Source: an uncultured Verrucomicrobiota bacterium (GTDB lineage Bacteria; Verrucomicrobiota; Verrucomicrobiia; Opitutales; Seribacteraceae). Taken from it: a DNA stretch of 64,000 nt. The DNA is taken from positions 7,952-71,951 of the forward strand of contig CACMQL010000002.1 of assembly GCA_902615835.1 (NCBI GenBank). Reading direction: 5' to 3'. Of this stretch, positions 59,052 through 64,000 are shown in pieces (positions within the stretch are counted from its first letter, which is position 1; every line of letters begins with the position of its first letter). The notes under the pieces were generated by a model. That model searched no databases. It was not told the origin of the DNA and saw nothing but the letters and a program-made list of their open reading frames with translations. The translations under genes and the position numbers were made by a program.

Positions 59052-59804
59052 TCAGTGAGCCTTTCCAGAGGAAAGTCTTTTCAACTCGACTTTGCGAAAC
59101 TCAACCGGGTGGCTCTCCGATTGCAGGGAGATGGTCCCGCTATCAAGAAGGGTGCCATCGTCTAATTGAGGTTTGGTGTAAGCAAGGACGGTTTTTCCGT
59201 CGATCATGTGCTTAATCGATTTGCTGCCCCGAACCTCAATTTCCACGGTTACCCATTGGTCTCCATGATAAGTTTCACTTTTGCTGCTGAAACAGTGACG
59301 TTTCAAAAGTTTATTATCCATCATCACATCGGTGCCCGGGGTGCATAAATTAGCCGTCGTTCTCTTCCCTTTCCCTTTTCCACCCAGAAATTGGACTTCA
59401 ATGGAATTGGGGAAGTCCTGATCCTTTGTCATGCTTTCAGGGGTTTGTCCGTGAAGCATAACTCCGCTGTTCCGAAATGCCCAGTCTTCCCCACCGGGTG
59501 CCTGCTCTCCTAAAAAACGATACTCGATCCGCAGTAAATAATGTGAAAAGGGCGTTTTGTAAAAGATATGTCCGTAGGTTTTGTTGAAATTCTCATACTT
59601 ATCGTAGGATATATGAATCACGCCGTTCTTGACCGAAAAAGTATCATTGTGGTTTATTCCGACATCATGGCCCCGGATTTTGATAGTCCAGCCTTCTAAA
59701 TCCTTTCCGTTGAAGAGCTGAATCCATTCTTGCTTATGATCATCAGCAAAAAGGCATAACCAAGAAAAAATAAAACTAGTTATAAGAAGTCGTGCTTTTT
59801 TCAT
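59052..59804 (-). CDS. DUF1080 / 3-keto-disaccharide hydrolase family protein
   Basis: WIQLFNGKDLEGW, RNSGVMLH, IEVQ, ISLQSESHP; ATG 59804 gives a signal peptide. Confidence 0.88.
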   Translation of the reverse strand: MKKARLLITSFIFSWLCLFADDHKQEWIQLFNGKDLEGWTIKIRGHDVGINHNDTFSVKNGVIHISYDKYENFNKTYGHIFYKTPFSHYLLRIEYRFLGEQAPGGEDWAFRNSGVMLHGQTPESMTKDQDFPNSIEVQFLGGKGKGKRTTANLCTPGTDVMMDNKLLKRHCFSSKSETYHGDQWVTVEIEVRGSKSIKHMIDGKTVLAYTKPQLDDGTLLDSGTISLQSESHPVEFRKVELKRLSSGKAH

Positions 59805-59820
59805 GATATGAAAACACTGA

Positions 59821-60063
59821 TTAGCAGCAACCGCATCCGCCCCCACTGGATTTCGATTTTGAAAACATTGAAAGTGTGGATTCATCCGCTTCTGTTTCCT
59901 GGCAGGAAATAAGCCGGCGAATAGGGGTGTGTGGAGGGGTTTGTCCCATGTGATGGTTGGCCAAGGAGCATAGTTGCCCTCAGTTGGTAAGAGTTTCTTT
60001 TATACTGTGACTCACAGTAATTGTTTCCCCGTTGGCATCGCAGTGATAGTCGTAAGTTATCAT
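59821..60063 (-). pseudogene. FmdB-like zinc-ribbon small protein with in-frame TGA at codon 28
   Basis: Hand translation: MITYDYHCDANGETITVSHSIKETLTN*GQLCSLANHHMGQTPPHTPIRRLISCQETEADESTLSMFSKSKSSGGGCGCC, then TAA; absent from the ORF track. Confidence 0.72.
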
Positions 60064-60231
60064 AAGTAAATATCGTTTAATTAATAAAAGGTTGGAGGAT
60101 TATGATTTAACACAATTACGGGCTGTTTTGACTAGCAAAAAGTTAAAGAGGAACAAAACTTAGTGCGAGAATTTGTTTGAAGGGAATGATCTGAGAGTAA
60201 GAAAATCAAAGCTCAGAACATTTAAAAAATA

Positions 60232-60978
60232 ATGAAATTACTTCCTCCAATCTATTGCCTTCTTTTCACGCTGTATCCTGTTTTTGCCTCTGAAAATCCA
60301 TCCGATCCAGTAAATAACTTTGAAATCGAAAAACAAAGGCGTTCAGAATTATCCCTGATTGACGACAGGGGTGCATCCAGTTTCAAATCCGAACTTTTTA
60401 AGTCAGGGAAACTGATCTATTTCGATGATTTCAATGGTGCTATAAACAAAGAGTTTTGGGGGCAACCCAAGGGGAAAAAGATTAAGGATGGGATCTTAAC
60501 GGTCGGTCCACTTTTTAAATCCAAGGAGGAGGCGATGAATGCCCTTAAACGGGATCACCACCTGGGTTTGGAACTTGTTGCGCACAATAACCGAATTCCT
60601 AAAAAATTCGTAATGCATTTACGCTATCAGTTTGCCAAGCCTGAGCTTACACCGGGTCGTCCGTCCTTTCAAATCGGTCATCACATGATTAATCTTGGGA
60701 TTGTAAAAGACGGTGGGCATCGCGTGAAACTCCCCGATGGACCCTCCTTCTTTGAGCCTGAATCTGACATGGCATTAAATAAATGGATCGATTTGGTGAT
60801 CGAATACGAATTGGGTAAAATTCGCGTATTGGTGAATGGCCATGGAAATACCTATGAGCATGAAAAGGTGACGATTTTAAACCCCAAGGATAAGCTCGGA
60901 CCTAGATTGACCTTTAAGGGTGGGCCCGAATGCGAAATCCTTTTTGACTATGTAAGACTTTGGGACTGTACTGACTAG
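60232..60978 (+). CDS. Secreted hypothetical protein, possible ConA/LamG-like fold
   Basis: Signal peptide; LIYFDDF, NKWIDLVIE, FDYVRLW. Confidence 0.65.
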   Translation: MKLLPPIYCLLFTLYPVFASENPSDPVNNFEIEKQRRSELSLIDDRGASSFKSELFKSGKLIYFDDFNGAINKEFWGQPKGKKIKDGILTVGPLFKSKEEAMNALKRDHHLGLELVAHNNRIPKKFVMHLRYQFAKPELTPGRPSFQIGHHMINLGIVKDGGHRVKLPDGPSFFEPESDMALNKWIDLVIEYELGKIRVLVNGHGNTYEHEKVTILNPKDKLGPRLTFKGGPECEILFDYVRLWDCTD

Positions 60979-61044
60979 ACCCTCCTTTGCTTAACCTAAG
61001 TTAGATCTTCATAAGGCTTCGAACAGGAGGGCAACTCTTTTAAA

Positions 61045-62613
61045 ATTAAAAATTATACATTCATTGTATTACCACTTTTCGTGGTATTCGGCTTTCTGGC
61101 TTCTGCTGAAGATAAGAAGCCAAATGTTATTCTGATCTACACGGATGATTATGGATACACTGATCTGGGTGTACTAGGCATCGACAAACATGTTGATACC
61201 CCGATTATGGATCAGCTTGCCCGGGGAGGAGCATTAATGACCGCAGGCTATAGCTCGGCCCCGCAGTGTGTGCCCTCACGGGCCGGGTTAATGGTTGGAC
61301 GGGTACAGAATGAGTTTGCCTTTCCACACAATCAAAGCGATGCAGGGGAGGGCAGCGGTCGTATGCCCCGAATTTATCCAAAAGGTACGGATATGGTGGG
61401 CAAACCAGTACTGACCATAGCGGACCGGATGAAAAAACTTGGCTATCTTACCGGCTTCTCCGGCAAGTGGCACTTGGGACCGTCGAACAGTTCAAACCCA
61501 AAGCACGATCCGCGGGCTCGTGGCTTTGACTACTACTGGGTCGGTTCCATGGAAAGCGGATCAACCAATCTTTCGCTCAATGGCAAGTCTGTGGAGCATC
61601 AAAGCAGGAAAGGCTTACCCGCTGGCGTCGCCAATCGAGTGATCCTTCAGGGTAAGTACGGTGAATCTTTTATCGACTTCAGCCAGACTGGAGATAAGCC
61701 GTTCTTTCTTTACCTGCCTCTCTATGCTCCGCACATCCCTCTGATCAAGAAGTCGGATCCTTATTACAAGAAATTTCCCAAGCTCGATTATCCGCATTAT
61801 GATGATTGGAGAGATGACCGCAGAAGGATGGGCTTGGCACTGATCAAATCCATCGACGACGCAGTGGGTGGAGTAATGGCCAAACTTCGTGAGCACGGCC
61901 TTGAAGAGAATACAATGGTTCTCTTCACCAGCGATAACGGTGCCCCAAGTAAAATGGGTAGAGAGGAGCCGGGTCTGCCTGCAGGAGAACCGGGAACAAA
62001 AGGTGGAGTCTGGAATGGATCGAACAATGTACCCATGCGAGGTGAGAAAGGCAGCCTGTTCGAGGGAGGGATACGGGTGCCCATGTTTGCTTACTGGAAA
62101 GGCAAAATTATTCCCGGCACGGTGATTCAAGAGATGGTGACCACGCTTGATCTCACTGCAACAACCCTCAAAGCCGGAGGCGGAGTGATACCTGAAGAGT
62201 TTGACGGCGTGGATTTACTTCCTCGGTTGAGCGGGCAAGTTTCCAAAATTAAAAGGCCGGAACCAATGTTCTGGGAGTTCTGGCACACTCAGGTAGTCCG
62301 TATTGGTGATTGGAAACTTTGGCGGTCCACTGAGCAGGAGATGTTGTTTAATTTAGCCAGCGACCCCTATGAGATAAACAATCGTATTCAATCAGATGCA
62401 AAGGTCGCTGACAGGTTACGAAAGAAACTCGATCAATGGTCTGCTACATTGCCACGGCTGAATCATTCCGATCGGGACGCGAGTGAGGTATTCGCCTGGC
62501 CGCTTGAGGGTGCCCCCGCGGGCACCAAGCCGGACCCACGATATCTTATACCATACCTCGACCCGAAGCCCGCACCATATCCCGCTCCAATAAAAAGAGT
62601 TTCATTGAAGTAA
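61045..62613 (+). CDS. Sulfatase (S1, Cys-type)
   Basis: KPNVILIYTDD, CVPSRAGLM, GKWHLG, SDNG, RGEKGSLFEGGIRVP. Start uncertain: GTG 61081 or ATT 61045. Confidence 0.9.
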   Translation: MKNYTFIVLPLFVVFGFLASAEDKKPNVILIYTDDYGYTDLGVLGIDKHVDTPIMDQLARGGALMTAGYSSAPQCVPSRAGLMVGRVQNEFAFPHNQSDAGEGSGRMPRIYPKGTDMVGKPVLTIADRMKKLGYLTGFSGKWHLGPSNSSNPKHDPRARGFDYYWVGSMESGSTNLSLNGKSVEHQSRKGLPAGVANRVILQGKYGESFIDFSQTGDKPFFLYLPLYAPHIPLIKKSDPYYKKFPKLDYPHYDDWRDDRRRMGLALIKSIDDAVGGVMAKLREHGLEENTMVLFTSDNGAPSKMGREEPGLPAGEPGTKGGVWNGSNNVPMRGEKGSLFEGGIRVPMFAYWKGKIIPGTVIQEMVTTLDLTATTLKAGGGVIPEEFDGVDLLPRLSGQVSKIKRPEPMFWEFWHTQVVRIGDWKLWRSTEQEMLFNLASDPYEINNRIQSDAKVADRLRKKLDQWSATLPRLNHSDRDASEVFAWPLEGAPAGTKPDPRYLIPYLDPKPAPYPAPIKRVSLK

Positions 62614-62769
62614 AAATCAGGAAGGAAAAGTTATTTATGCATGTAAAGGGTATCGGAGTGAGTGAAGGTAAGCGGTGGGATGGTCAATAGGCCTGATTTT
62701 GCTCTATTATGTATTTAATTAAAAGTTGTTATTACTTTAAATTTACCCCTATAAAATCAACACCTTGAT

Positions 62770-64000
62770 ATGAAATCCTTTAATCTTGCAGCCTTCTTTT
62801 TCTTAAGTCTATTCGCGATTCAGATGGTTACAGCTGAAAGCGATAAACCAAACATCCTAATTATTTTCACTGATGATCAGGGTTATGCTGATCTGGGTTG
62901 TTTTGGAAGTAAGGAAAACCAAACACCGGTCCTCGATAAGCTGGCCAAAGAAGGAACCAAATTTACCTCCTTTTATGCCCAGCCGGTTTGCGGGCCATCA
63001 TGTTCGGCTCTGCTGACCGGTCGATATCCCGTCCGTAGTAAAGGGTGGTCGATGCCCGCATCTGAAATCACCTTTGCGGAGATGCTTAAAGAGGTCGGCT
63101 ATCAGACGGCATGTGTAGGGAAATGGGATGTTTCGAACCGAAAGGCGATTGTCGAACGGATGCCCAATGCACAGGGATTTGATTATTATTTCGGGGCCCT
63201 GGGTGCGAACGATAGCGGTAAATCGGTTTTACACAGCAACAATGAGCTGGTGGGCACAACCGATGATATGGCGGGGCTTACCCGACTCTACACCGACAAG
63301 GCGGTTGATTATCTGGTTAATCAGCGTGATTCCCAAAAGCCGTTCCTCCTCTATCTCTCACACACAATGATGCACACCATTATCGATGCATCTCCCAAAT
63401 TTAAGAAAAAAACGGGCGACAACCTTTATCGTGCTGTGGTTGAAGAATTTGATTTTGAAACGGGCCGCCTGCTCGAAACCCTTGAGAAACTTGGTTTAAA
63501 AGAAAATACTTTGGTTATCTTCACCACTGATAACGGTCCCTGGAATCAGCCCAAATATTATGAAAAGAAAAAGGGCATCCCGAGAATTCGATTTTCTGGG
63601 GCGATGCCGGACCCTTGCGTGATGGAAAAGCATCGATTTACGAGGGCGGTATCCGTGTGCCCTGTATTATGCGTTGGCCGGGAAAAATCCCCGAGGGAAA
63701 AACGAATGACGGTCTCATGGCGACGATCGATTTCTTGCCCACCTTTGCCTCGATTACCGGAGCAAAGATTCCCGATGACCGAACTATCGATGGAGTTAAT
63801 CAACTGGATTTTATTTTGGGTAAATCCAAGACAGCCCGTACATCCTTCATTTATAACCCGGGATCTGCATCGGTGCAGACCCGGATCCTCCAAGGGAATG
63901 CTATTCGGGAAGGGGACTGGAAACTGGTCTCTCCATTGAAAGTGGGCTGGTTCCTGGAAGACGCAGGATCGGGTGTGTGGGAGCTGTGCAATTTAAAAGA
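62770..64000 (+). pseudogene. Arylsulfatase with a frameshift and an altered active-site motif; runs off the right edge
   Basis: KPNILIIFTDDQG, CGPSC (not CxPxR). After A5 at 63568-63572 the sulfatase continues in another frame (GHPENSIFWG..GKASIYEGGIRVP..GDWKL). Confidence 0.8.

Noticed and set aside
59980-59982. Alternative genetic code (TGA = Trp or Gly)
   Set aside because: Many well-defined genes here end at TGA (e.g. pdxH, menB, hisI) and Trp is encoded by TGG throughout
60003-60019. Perfect palindrome TACTGTGA-C-TCACAGTA resembling an SOS box
   Set aside because: Spacing is wrong for CTGT-N8-ACAG, and it lies inside the hidden zinc-ribbon coding frame
62613-62700. 9-bp inverted repeat AAAATCAGG...CCTGATTTT as a MITE
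   Set aside because: Short, no target-site duplication, no second copy seen
1-64000. Mobile elements, CRISPR arrays, rRNA, riboswitches
   Set aside because: No transposase/integrase motifs, spaced direct repeats or recognisable structured RNAs other than tRNA-Cys were seen by eye; an Rfam scan would be needed to exclude small RNAs

Overview
Bacterial chromosomal window in genetic code 11 (many genes end in TGA). The gene content and protein style suggest a marine Verrucomicrobiota/Opitutales-like organism (inference). Layout: (i) 1-10.6 kb, secreted sulfatases, an esterase, DUF1080, ThuA and beta-propeller proteins; (ii) 10.7-39.5 kb, mostly housekeeping genes (ispH, purB, PPi-type pfk, lysA, folA, Ski2-like helicase, valS, gpmA, folE2, pdxH, menB, pyrC, proA, uxaC); (iii) a sulfatase, tRNA-Cys(GCA) at 41781-41855, then an accessory region. 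The most notable element is a ~9.7-kb putative zinc-starvation island (44484-54183) with two copies of a palindromic operator (core TTATTGCAA-N5-TTGCAATAA). The leftward arm encodes a His-rich lipoprotein, an ABC ATPase, a MacB/FtsX permease and a DUF3299 protein fused to an apparently metal-ligand-free zincin-like domain. The rightward arm encodes a flavoprotein with a Cys-rich tail, an Acr3-like transporter split at a T10 tract, a DsrE/SaoD-like protein, a Cys-variant HisI, an orphan protein and a COG0523 GTPase. Also found: an 80-codon zinc-ribbon-family ORF with an internal TGA that the ORF track missed (59821-60063, minus strand), and a damaged sulfatase at the right end. No integrase, transposase, CRISPR array or rRNA was seen. 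All family calls come from motif recognition by eye; no database searches were run.
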